A stretch of DNA of 64,000 nucleotides from a virus: the IMG/VR virus record IMGVR_UViG_3300045988_167691; one strand, 5' to 3'. Below, one piece after another: positions 56,550-64,000 of this stretch. Position 1 is the first letter of the stretch. Every line of letters begins with the position of its first letter. The notes below the pieces were generated by a model. The model had not been told where the DNA came from, did no database searches, and was given only the letters and a program-made list of their open reading frames with translations. Position numbers and translations under genes: made by a program.

Positions 56550-57137
56550 TTACTTACTGTTTTTAGCCACAACTTCAAATTTCTGCACTCCGGCATCTGC
56601 CATTACGACAAGGTTTAAATCTTCCTTAGCATCCAATCCTAAGTCTGCCAAAGTAAATTCCATAGGAGTGCGACCATTTACTTTTGATGTAAGCACTTTT
56701 CTATCACCTCTAATAACACCATATCTTCCTATAGAGTTATTGAGTTTTACTGAATTGAGGAAATAAATTTCAATTTCCTTTTCTGCCGGAACAGTAATGT
56801 AAACAGACAGCACACAAGCATTCTCATCGTTCCATTCTGCATTCACAGCGACAACCTCATTTAGTCCTTGCGGTTCGATTGTAAGAGTAAGCGCGTTGTT
56901 TTCTGCAAACGCAACCAACTCTTCATGTTGAACACTTTCCCCCACATTCCATTTCCAACCCAAAGCAAGAAAAGCATCGCTTCCTGCTTTTTCATCAGCA
57001 GAAGGATTGACAGAACCAGCAGGAACAACACCTCTTGGAGATTCAGTGATAAAAACTCTTTTTTGTTCACAAGAACCATCTGTAACGACAACTACGTCAA
57101 TTTTCTTGTCTGTATCGATAAATCTATATAAACGCAT
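56550..57137 (-). CDS. hypothetical protein sharing an N-terminal domain with the Ig-repeat protein
   Basis: The 195-aa ORF begins MRLYRFIDTDKKIDVVVVTDGSCEQKRVFITE. The downstream gene begins MLRLLFTTKDLSKQMTVITDGVDSQMNVFVTE. Confidence 0.5.
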   Translation of the reverse strand: MRLYRFIDTDKKIDVVVVTDGSCEQKRVFITESPRGVVPAGSVNPSADEKAGSDAFLALGWKWNVGESVQHEELVAFAENNALTLTIEPQGLNEVVAVNAEWNDENACVLSVYITVPAEKEIEIYFLNSVKLNNSIGRYGVIRGDRKVLTSKVNGRTPMEFTLADLGLDAKEDLNLVVMADAGVQKFEVVAKNSK

Positions 57138-57162
57138 ATCTCAAAAATTTAAAATTACCTAT

Positions 57163-57666
57163 CTAAATAGAAGGACGGTTGTCGCTCTTGTCCTTCATTT
57201 TTAAAAATCCATTTTCGTCAAAGTCCCTTAAATATTTCCTGATCCATGAAGGGACAAGGTTAGGACTGATCTTTCCTGCATTCTCAACAATGGAAACAGA
57301 TTCCCTGACGATAAGAGCCGTGCTCATCAAAGACCGAAACCAAGTAAAAGTAGTGGTGATTTGTCCATCTATCGTATACCCACCCAAAACATGAGCTACA
57401 ATAAGCAAACAACTATACACAAAAAGTTTTGTCATAATCATTGCAAACCCTTTAGAGGAAAAATCCTTCTTCCTTAGATGAAACACCCAGCTTACAAGAG
57501 TGTCAATCACAATAAGTACGACAAGAAACTTTAAAAACTCCCAGTCCCTAAATATATATTTTTCTATCCAATCCACAATAGGAGATAAAGGTATAGCGAC
57601 AAGTAATGGATAACAGAAGCTACCCAAGTAAGCCTTTATATAATGTATTCTCTGTTTTCTTTCCAT
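57163..57666 (-). CDS. holin (Phage_holin_4_1-like)
   Basis: It has three or four TM helices. The core LVVLIVIDTLVSW....K.FSSKGF......K......L.VAH...... and the motif ESVSIVENAG are typical of this holin family. I placed the start at the internal ATG 57666 (MERKQ..). The track start at 57765 overlaps the upstream gene by 86 nt. Confidence 0.7.
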   Translation of the reverse strand: MERKQRIHYIKAYLGSFCYPLLVAIPLSPIVDWIEKYIFRDWEFLKFLVVLIVIDTLVSWVFHLRKKDFSSKGFAMIMTKLFVYSCLLIVAHVLGGYTIDGQITTTFTWFRSLMSTALIVRESVSIVENAGKISPNLVPSWIRKYLRDFDENGFLKMKDKSDNRPSI

Positions 57667-57679
57667 TACTTCACAAGGC

Positions 57680-58111
57680 TTAGTCTTCTTTCTTGTCGGA
57701 TTTTTCGGAATCTTCTTTTGCTTTCTTCTTATATTCGGTATCTTTCTTGTAGGGCATACCCACAATACCTTTTCTTCTGTTTTCGGGGGTATCTTTGTAA
57801 AAACCGATCTTGTTCTTTACGGGAAGTCCGGTTGCCCCGGCTTTTTCAATTGTTTCTGGGTCTGCGTCCTTCCATTCAATCTGTGGGTCACGATAATATA
57901 CAACAGATTTGTTGAAGTTTTCGTCAACCACAACAACACGGTTTAGGGACACGAAGTCAATAGCTCCATGTTCCTGTTCAATAGGGTCAATACTTTTAAC
58001 TACATCAGAAGCAAAGTCTCTGACTTGCTCCAATGAATAAACCTCCCAGTTATTCTTTTCTGCAAGGTCTTTAAATTCATTTATAGGATATTCTCTAATC
58101 ATTTTGTGCAC
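57680..58111 (-). CDS. hypothetical protein
   Basis: The 143-aa ORF has a basic, K-rich C-terminal tail. Confidence 0.5.
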   Translation of the reverse strand: MHKMIREYPINEFKDLAEKNNWEVYSLEQVRDFASDVVKSIDPIEQEHGAIDFVSLNRVVVVDENFNKSVVYYRDPQIEWKDADPETIEKAGATGLPVKNKIGFYKDTPENRRKGIVGMPYKKDTEYKKKAKEDSEKSDKKED

Positions 58112-58181
58112 AATTTAATTAGGTGAAATTCAACACACAAATGTAACTAAAATTTCCTATATCGAACAATTTTCAAAAATA

Positions 58182-58625
58182 AAAAACTCTTAGCAAGCAC
58201 TTTCCTTGTTGGGGTGGCAACCGTACTAATACTTGCTAAGAGTGCCGTTCTCGCTCCACCCAGCGATCGAAGGTAACGGCTTAGCCTTTTAAGGTAGGAA
58301 GAAATTAAACTGAATTTTTTGATTGTTCCTATGCGCGAAGAGCAATGTTACTTCAAAAGAAGCCTTTCTCACGGGAAACCAATTATCCCACGACATCCTA
58401 TAGGAAGCCTTAATGCCAGTGTTGCAGGACTTATCGTATCGGTTTATACTTCTATAGGGGAGCCGGCATCCTCAAACTCCGTTGGTCGCTCCAATCATTC
58501 AATCTAACACTTCCAAAGTGGGGATTTAATGTTGTTCCCCTCAACATCACATAGCCTTCAAGAAAAGAAGGGAAGCTACCGCGAATCACCTCCAATCTTC
58601 AACTTTTTAGCTATCTCATCTCGAC
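58182..58625 (-). ncRNA. candidate structured non-coding RNA (~440 nt), family unknown
   Basis: A 558-bp gap contains no credible ORF and looks clearly more GC-rich than its flanks. A minus-strand -7 box (TATATTTG) lies at 58635..58628. The 3' end is an 11-bp stem (58187..58197 / 58232..58242) followed by T6. Internally there are many helices, for example GCCGTT/AACGGC enclosing CGCT/AGCG, and GGGTGG/CCACCC. Confidence 0.45.
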
Positions 58626-58669
58626 TGCAAATATACAACTATTGTATTCAACAATTGAAATTTTTGCAG

Positions 58670-58900
58670 TTAAAAGTTGTTAATGTCAATGCCACATGCA
58701 GCAGCAATCAATAGAGACACCTCCTGTTCCTCTATTGACATCTGCCGGATAGTGGTAAAATATCTTTCTGAATCATGTTGATAGCTGTCAAGAACAGCTT
58801 CTTTTTGATCATTTGTAACTCCGTAAAAAGACAGTACATTTTTCTTTTCTTCTTCCGTTAGATTCTTTCTGTCTTTGATGTATAATGTTTTCTTTTTCAT
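58670..58900 (-). CDS. hypothetical small protein
   Basis: 76-aa ORF. Confidence 0.45.
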   Translation of the reverse strand: MKKKTLYIKDRKNLTEEEKKNVLSFYGVTNDQKEAVLDSYQHDSERYFTTIRQMSIEEQEVSLLIAAACGIDINNF

Positions 58901-58946
58901 TATTTTCTGTGTGTTTTCTTATTCTTGTTTTTCTTTCTCCGTTTAG

Positions 58947-59411
58947 CTATGTTCTTTTTGTTGCATCCTTTTTAGTAGAAGAACAGAAATATAAACTATC
59001 GCTAAATAGAAGTTCATCCAACATATCTTCGTTGATATCATTTTCATCTGAAAAATCGTCCTCATCTTCTTCATCCATTTCTTTACAAATTCTTTCATAA
59101 GGTACACGCCCACAAAATCCACGTTTTTGTTTATTTTGCTTTTCACAAACAAAATATTCATCTATGTCAATTCCTGCCGCGCATAAATCCATCAAATATT
59201 CTTCTATTTCCTTAATAGAACCTCCCCCTACAATCATCCAATAAAATTCATTAGGATCATTTATAAAATTTTCCTTCAAGGCTGGAAAATAAAAAGAACC
59301 ACCATGTTTTCCGACACCTCTTTTGGACACTGTCTTTTCAAGAAATTCAAGTTTATACTTTGCAGCTTCCTTAATGCTTTCAAAAGTGTGAATAGTTCCG
59401 TCAAACTTCAA
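58947..59411 (-). CDS. hypothetical protein with a strongly acidic C-terminal region
   Basis: The 154-aa ORF contains MDEEDEDDFSDENDINEDMLDE. Confidence 0.5.
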   Translation of the reverse strand: MKFDGTIHTFESIKEAAKYKLEFLEKTVSKRGVGKHGGSFYFPALKENFINDPNEFYWMIVGGGSIKEIEEYLMDLCAAGIDIDEYFVCEKQNKQKRGFCGRVPYERICKEMDEEDEDDFSDENDINEDMLDELLFSDSLYFCSSTKKDATKRT

Positions 59412-59429
59412 TTAAAATCTTTTCCATGA

Positions 59430-60701
59430 TTAAGCCACCTCCGATGCTTTAGATTTCTTTAAAATATTTCTTTGATAGTTACCATACTTAACAGCACAAG
59501 AAAGACCTATAGGAGACTTTTCGCAAGATTCTATTCCATAAAAAGCCCACTTCTTTCGCGATTCCTTTTTCCTTGCATCAGATTTTTCTTTATCTGCGGC
59601 ACGTTTCTTTTTCCAATATTCAGAAGCCTTGGGGAAAGGAACAAATTTCTTCTTTATTTTAGATTTCCCAAAAATAAGATCATGAAGCCATTTTATCATA
59701 GTTTTTCGCCTTTCCTTCCCTTTTGCAAATTTCGTAAAATAAAGGCGTTCTTTCTTTATGTATTTCCCCAAAAAGATTACCCTATCATATTCCTTGTTAC
59801 CCTCATTTGAAGAACTTTCTTTGTAAACCTTATTCTTTTTCTTTTTACGGGACATTTTACGTAGTGCCTTACAATCTTCATCAGTATATTCTTTTCTTAA
59901 CACAGAACGTCCGGCATTATGTGAAAGCAAACGAACCTTTCTTGAAATAATAGTATCCCACTCTCTAAAAGGAGGAATATTTATCTGAAAATTCCAACTT
60001 CTTGGGTCTTTTCTTGCAAGTTTTTCTTCTTTAGTTGGTGCTCTAAAAAAGTCTTCCCCAAAATAATAGGTGAGTTTTTTTAAGCTATAACGAACCTGAT
60101 CAACAGTCCAGCTTAAATCATAAGCTATTGTTGCCTGAGAAAGATATAAGCAAGACTTCCATTTGATAGAAGGATCTTTTGTATAAGCCTGTTCCCAAAC
60201 AAAGTCCATGATTACCCTTTCGTTTTCCAAATAAGTAAGCAAAACACGCTCATTAAATCCAAGTCTCAGATCGCTATCTGCTAAATTTTGAGTAAGCTCA
60301 AAAGATTTAATAGGAGCAAGAAGACGCGGTGCAAGGTTACCCATTTTGCGATAATGAGATCGATTAACTACTTCAAAAAACCATAATTTTACGCCATCTT
60401 CCTTTACAGAAACAATCTCTATAAAAGCCAGCTTCTCTTTTAAAAGTCTCACAGCGGTTTTCCTGGAAACATTCCCTAATGCTTCACGAGCAAAATTTAG
60501 AAGGGCTTCCTTTGAAGAGAAACGCAATTTTTCCAAATTGTGATGATTTTCTTCGCTACGGAAAGTTTTTACTTTAGCGTTAATGCTGTCATTGTCATAG
60601 CCTTTCTTTTTTAAAGAAGCTATATAAAATGTTTTTCTTTTTTCAAAAGCGGCTCTTTCTAAATCTGACCGCAATTGATATGAGGACATGTCTATCCGCA
60701 T
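59430..60701 (-). CDS. hypothetical early protein, possible replication initiator / DNA-binding protein
   Basis: The 423-aa ORF is basic and lies next to a ~1-kb structured non-coding region. The function is a guess from context only. Confidence 0.3.
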   Translation of the reverse strand: MRIDMSSYQLRSDLERAAFEKRKTFYIASLKKKGYDNDSINAKVKTFRSEENHHNLEKLRFSSKEALLNFAREALGNVSRKTAVRLLKEKLAFIEIVSVKEDGVKLWFFEVVNRSHYRKMGNLAPRLLAPIKSFELTQNLADSDLRLGFNERVLLTYLENERVIMDFVWEQAYTKDPSIKWKSCLYLSQATIAYDLSWTVDQVRYSLKKLTYYFGEDFFRAPTKEEKLARKDPRSWNFQINIPPFREWDTIISRKVRLLSHNAGRSVLRKEYTDEDCKALRKMSRKKKKNKVYKESSSNEGNKEYDRVIFLGKYIKKERLYFTKFAKGKERRKTMIKWLHDLIFGKSKIKKKFVPFPKASEYWKKKRAADKEKSDARKKESRKKWAFYGIESCEKSPIGLSCAVKYGNYQRNILKKSKASEVA

Positions 60702-60735
60702 AGAAATATTATTTTGAAATTAAACTTTCGAAATA

Positions 60736-60748
60736 GAACATTATGTTC
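60736..60748. promoter_or_regulatory. palindromic operator-like site GAACAT-T-ATGTTC
   Basis: This perfect 6+1+6 palindrome lies between the promoter candidate (-7 box 60767..60760) and the ATG at 60701. Confidence 0.35.
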
Positions 60749-60759
60749 CGTATGACGCA

Positions 60760-60790
60760 CAAAAATAACAAATAAAATTAAAGACACAAA
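60760..60790 (-). promoter_or_regulatory. Bacteroides-type promoter candidate (-33 TTTG, 19-nt spacer, -7 TATTTTTG)
   Basis: On the minus strand TATTTTTG lies at 60767..60760. The TTTG is supplied by the end of the upstream terminator's T-run. Confidence 0.4.
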
Positions 60791-60816
60791 AAAAAGCACG
60801 TTAAAAAACGTGCTTT
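60786..60816 (-). terminator. strong intrinsic terminator
   Basis: A 10-bp perfect stem, AAAGCACGTT (60793..60802) / AACGTGCTTT (60807..60816), has a 4-nt loop. It is followed on the minus strand by a T8 run. Confidence 0.8.
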
Positions 60817-61690
60817 AATGTTTTGGAGATGCGGTACACCAAAACGATAATATTTCTATGCACTGCAAAGATACAACAAAATTAGATAATTCCAAAAAAA
60901 ACGAGAAAAATTTTAGATCAAACTGAAAAATCGCCCGTTCGCACGCCTCGCTTCGCTCACGCGCGCCCGAAGGGTTTCCTCCCCACCCTCCATCCCTTTA
61001 CTTTGCTTTCAATTTTCCTTACGCGTGTACGCGTTCGCGTTTTTATTTCTTTTCTTTTTCTTAGTAGGAGTATCATCTATCATATTCCTTTCGTTCTTTC
61101 TCTATACTCTCTTTTCTTAATAGAGATCTCTTCCTACTAATGGGAATGGTGATGGACTTTCCACCAAAGGAAACCAATGAGAGGCAATTCCTATTGCCGG
61201 AGTTGGTTTCCGGGTGTAAATTATTTGAAAACTTTATGTTTTCTATATAATATATGCAATTACTACAGAATGTTGGGAAAAATGGAAAATGGGAATTTTT
61301 CAGTACCCAAATGATGTTTTTTGAATGAAATTTACAAATTCAAAATAACAGAATGAAGGGTCTTGTTTCCCCAACATTGAGCCCCTTTGGGAGGTCGAAA
61401 GGGGTAGGGGGATTGGGTGGGTCACCGGAACGTAGTGACGGAATAGAAACAATGATTCCATTAAAAGAAAGTATATGTATTAGGTAGGTATTATGAAAGC
61501 AAAAAGAATATATGGCGATAAAACGAAAAATGGTTAGCAAATCAAATAGACCGCTACCCATCCATCGAATAGTAATAAGAATTTGAAGAAAATGCTAAGG
61601 TTTTTGATTTAGGATACTATGTGTATTGTTTTTGTAGGTGAGGACAATTTCTCAACCATCCTCACCTTGCTGTTCACATGACAAACGATT

Positions 61691-62161
61691 TTAAAATTCC
61701 AAATCTTTATTTTCGTTTTCTACTCTTTGCTTCAAAGATACAAATTTCGGACGATATTCAGTAACTCTTATCATGCCAGGTTTTACTTTTGTTTTGCCTT
61801 TTTCTCTTATAGCTATTATCTTTTCTATTTTTACAGGGTTGTTTATTTTCTTCCAATTTTTCTGTTGAAAGAAGGTGTTTTGTTTTGTATAGTTTTTATC
61901 TCTATACATTTTCTTGACACCTTTCCATTCATAGCTTCTTAAAATACCGTCTCCTACTCTTAACAGTATTTTTCTTCCTGGTAAGTATTCTATCATAAGG
62001 AGATTTTCTCCAGACATGTTTTCTTCTTTGGGAATCATTTCTACAGACATATCTTTAGGGAAGAAACCTGACTTGAAAGCATCTAAAGCCTTTCCATTCC
62101 AAGTAAATAGTAAGAACACCCTACCCTTTCTGTCTAAGTAATATGTGACTACCTTTTCCAT
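61691..62161 (-). CDS. hypothetical protein
   Basis: 156-aa ORF. Confidence 0.5.
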   Translation of the reverse strand: MEKVVTYYLDRKGRVFLLFTWNGKALDAFKSGFFPKDMSVEMIPKEENMSGENLLMIEYLPGRKILLRVGDGILRSYEWKGVKKMYRDKNYTKQNTFFQQKNWKKINNPVKIEKIIAIREKGKTKVKPGMIRVTEYRPKFVSLKQRVENENKDLEF

Positions 62162-62165
62162 ATCC

Positions 62166-62714
62166 CTACTTTTTATTTTGTTTACTCATGTTGTAATAGT
62201 TGGTGATGATAAGTTCGCAAGTGAACCCATTGTCAGAAATATCCAACATACTAAATCCTCCTTTCCAAAGAAAGATCATCTTTTTCCGGTCAGCTTCATT
62301 TAAGGTAGTCATACTTTCACCTTTAAAGCCTTTCTTGTCTTTTAAATAGTCGATAAAATCATCTATGAAGGACATTATGCTTTCCGTATCATAGGAGCTT
62401 CGCTTTATCCTCAAATCGACTGCTGGAACAACATCACCTTCACCACCTATCTTTTCGTTTACGTTTACCTGGAATCCGGTGACAAGGTTATATCCTACAG
62501 AGTTTCCTTCAAATCCCCACTCTACCCTTTGGTTGTAGCTGCCTTTAGGTAAAATGGAATCCGCTCTTTCTATCAAAGAATCTTTTGAACTGCAATCCAG
62601 TATTCTAAAATGGATATCCATTATCTCATAAACTCTCAAAGGTCTGAAATCGTCCTGGCAGAAGCCATACACTGAAAAAAGTGTAAAAAGTACGATTAAT
62701 GCTATTCTTTTCAT
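62166..62714 (-). CDS. secreted protein / lipoprotein candidate
   Basis: The 182-aa ORF has a signal peptide (MKRIALIVLFTLFSVYGF-CQDD). A Cys followed by acidic residues resembles the Bacteroidetes lipoprotein surface-export signal. Confidence 0.5.
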   Translation of the reverse strand: MKRIALIVLFTLFSVYGFCQDDFRPLRVYEIMDIHFRILDCSSKDSLIERADSILPKGSYNQRVEWGFEGNSVGYNLVTGFQVNVNEKIGGEGDVVPAVDLRIKRSSYDTESIMSFIDDFIDYLKDKKGFKGESMTTLNEADRKKMIFLWKGGFSMLDISDNGFTCELIITNYYNMSKQNKK

Positions 62715-63043
62715 GATAATTTGTTGTTGTTTAAAATTTCACTTTTGATTTTCTCGTTTGTGCTGTTAGCAAGAGGAACTGCAATAATGATGCAGAGTAA
62801 CCACCATCCAAGTAGCCACAAGAGATGGCTTACACAGTTTACCAGATCGACCTTAAATAAGGTAATCACAGCCCCTAAAAGATTGTACAAGGTACAAATA
62901 GTTAGGATAGATGCAATAACAGGCTTACCAGTGTAATAAAGCCCAAATCCAGCCCACATACAAGCCGCAAGGAAAGCTCTATACGGCTTTTTCTTTTTCA
63001 TTTCAAACAAAATTTCTTGTCTTTCGGTCATTTTCTTTTCCAT
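62711..63043 (-). CDS. TM2-domain-like small membrane protein
   Basis: The 110-aa ORF has KKKPYRAFLAACMWAGFGLYYTGK followed by two more hydrophobic helices. Confidence 0.5.
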   Translation of the reverse strand: MEKKMTERQEILFEMKKKKPYRAFLAACMWAGFGLYYTGKPVIASILTICTLYNLLGAVITLFKVDLVNCVSHLLWLLGWWLLCIIIAVPLANSTNEKIKSEILNNNKLS

Positions 63044-63077
63044 ACTTTTATTTGTTTTTTGTTACTTGAATATGCTG

Positions 63078-63085
63078 CAAAAGTA
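63078..63085 (-). promoter_or_regulatory. -7 box candidate TACTTTTG
   Basis: It matches TAnnTTTG 35 nt upstream of the ATG at 63043. I found no well-spaced -33 element. Confidence 0.3.
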
Positions 63086-63171
63086 ATATCATTTTGTACA
63101 AAAACGAAGTCTTATATGTTAATTTATATGAAAATGTAATAGTATATTCTTACACTTTTGTGAATGGAAAT

Positions 63172-63207
63172 AAAAATCCCCGCCTCTTAAAAGAAGAAAG
63201 GCGGGGA
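63172..63207 (-). terminator. intrinsic terminator
   Basis: Stem TCCCCGCC (63177..63184) / GGCGGGGA (63200..63207) is followed on the minus strand by TTTTTATTT. Confidence 0.75.
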
Positions 63208-63227
63208 GAAACACTGTGGCTAAGATT

Positions 63228-64000
63228 TTAAGCAATTAATTGTTTGGACAACTTCAAGTAACAATACAAAGTTAGAAATTTCACCGGAGATTCAAGCGAA
63301 TTTTCGTCAAATTCATACTCATTCAGCCATTTTTCCATTTCTTCCAGGTTCAGATATTGCCATTTTCCCTGTTTCATGCACTCTGCAAGCGCGGGAAAGG
63401 TATATCCCTTATCCTTGTTGAACTTCTTGCATACCCTTTTGAGATAACTTTTCCTTCCTGAATACCAAACATCACCGGCAGACGACATGCAGTAATAGGA
63501 GTTATCTTTTCTTTTTACTCCGAACCGGGTAACAATAGGGAAATATACCCTATCAGCAAGAAAAATGAATGGAATATACCATAAACCGTACAAAAAAGTC
63601 AGGAAACCGTTCAATTTTGCTTCTGGAATGAATTTTTTGAGCGTTTTTCTGAATCCATAAGCAAAATACCAGTTGTTAGCACCTCTTTTTACTTTGATTG
63701 TGTATTTCAAATGAATATTCCTGTCATTAACCCTATCCCATGGTTTTACTTTTTCTGTATTCATAGAAGGGAGATATGTCCAAAAATGCTTCAATGCACT
63801 GAAATAGGGATTGTAAATGGTATGTCCGTGATTAGAAACATAGGAAAGGATGTTTTTCAGTATTTCTTTTGCCAAAATACCTGTTTTGTGCTCTCCCCAT
63901 TCCTCCGCTATTAATGCAAGAGATGGAAGTAAGTTCCAAATTTGGTCTTGCGAGACAAAAGGAGAAAAACAGGGGTCTTCATTTTCAAGTTCGATACCGT
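63228..64000 (-). CDS. hypothetical protein, N-terminus outside the window
   Basis: The track starts this ORF at a TTG (63875). I translated the same frame upstream and found no stop up to position 64000 (..GIELENEDPCFSPFVSQDQIWNLLPSLALIAEEWGEHKTGI-LAKEIL..). Confidence 0.5.
   Translation of the reverse strand, partial: GIELENEDPCFSPFVSQDQIWNLLPSLALIAEEWGEHKTGILAKEILKNILSYVSNHGHTIYNPYFSALKHFWTYLPSMNTEKVKPWDRVNDRNIHLKYTIKVKRGANNWYFAYGFRKTLKKFIPEAKLNGFLTFLYGLWYIPFIFLADRVYFPIVTRFGVKRKDNSYYCMSSAGDVWYSGRKSYLKRVCKKFNKDKGYTFPALAECMKQGKWQYLNLEEMEKWLNEYEFDENSLESPVKFLTLYCYLKLSKQLIA

Noticed and set aside
57667-57765. N-terminal 33-aa extension of the holin ORF (MWVCPTRKIPNIRRKQKK...)
   Set aside because: It overlaps the upstream gene by 86 nt and is highly basic and non-holin-like. 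The internal ATG at 57666 gives a canonical holin N-terminus with no overlap.
58182-58635. Known RNA classes for the structured gap (tRNA, tmRNA, RNase P RNA, cobalamin riboswitch, group I/II intron)
   Set aside because: I found none of the expected signatures. There is no GGTTCGAATCC-type T-arm, no GAGGAAAGTCC (RNase P CR-I), no tmRNA-like ends and no complete B12 box. The flanking ORFs do not look like two halves of a split gene. Only a covariance-model scan can exclude these classes properly.
58319-58714. Two plus-strand ORFs of 62 and 61 aa in the 58.1-58.7 kb gap
   Set aside because: They lie on the strand opposite to all neighbouring genes, have no promoter-like elements and begin with non-ATG or context-poor starts. 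The region is better explained by the minus-strand promoter/terminator pair.
61021-61060. Plus-strand terminator (ACGCG-TGTA-CGCGT plus T-rich run) implying a plus-strand sRNA from the GC island
   Set aside because: The stem is only 5 bp. I found no plus-strand promoter-like element upstream. I kept it only as part of the description of the non-coding locus.
60978-61421. Long-range pairing between the C-rich (60978..60996) and G-rich (61401..61421) islands
   Set aside because: Only a 7-bp perfect complement exists (CCCACCC/GGGTGGG). That is too short to argue for a specific interaction without covariation data.
61340-61561. 73-aa minus-strand ORF in the long non-coding locus
   Set aside because: It spans the G-rich island, which gives the PPNPPTPFD run from the C/G tracts. 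It has no start context and low coding plausibility.
1-64000. Integrase, excisionase or repressor module (temperate lifestyle), and an invertase for the fibre switch
   Set aside because: No ORF in the window shows tyrosine-recombinase (R..HxxR..Y) or serine-recombinase N-terminal motifs that I could recognise. Absence from this window does not exclude them elsewhere in the genome.

Overview
The window looks like about 64 kb of a tailed dsDNA phage with a contractile tail (myovirus-type). The host is probably a Bacteroidales bacterium. Support for that is the AT-rich sequence, recurrent Bacteroides-type TAnnTTTG -7 boxes in intergenic gaps, BspA-type LRR and BACON-like Ig repeats, and a lipoprotein with an acidic post-Cys motif. 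Every credible gene except one is on the minus strand.

Gene order by coordinate:
- 1-12.1 kb: replication and nucleotide-metabolism module. It holds a P-loop NTPase, MazG-like protein, primase, DnaB-like helicase, large terminase, DEDDh exonuclease, a solo TnpB, a DUF4406-like protein, an SLT lysozyme-like protein and an HNH endonuclease.
- 12.2-34.4 kb: tail fibre and baseplate module with two giant fibres of 1648 and 2297 aa.
- 34.4-41 kb: tape measure, chaperones, tube and sheath, interrupted by a two-gene moron.
- 41-57 kb: neck and head module. It holds the major capsid, scaffold, prohead protease, a Nudix/Dps-like fusion, a Hint-like ORF, a MuF-like protein, the portal and an Ig-repeat protein.
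- 57-64 kb: holin and an early region containing two long non-coding stretches.

Most notable observations:
1. A perfect 67-bp inverted repeat brackets two opposed paralogous C-terminal tips of the 2297-aa fibre. This could be an invertible host-range switch, but no invertase is recognisable in the window.
2. Three inteins sit in the helicase, the terminase large subunit (TerL) and the portal. The helicase intein looks class 3 (Ala1 plus the WCT triad).
3. A roughly 440-nt promoter-to-terminator unit with dense secondary structure and no ORF is a candidate large ncRNA.
4. A roughly 1-kb non-coding locus carries GC-rich and G4-prone islands.
5. A perfect 627-bp tandem duplication lies inside an Ig-repeat gene.
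6. A solo TnpB has an intact RuvC triad.

All functional calls rest on motifs I recognised by eye and on gene order. No database search was run.
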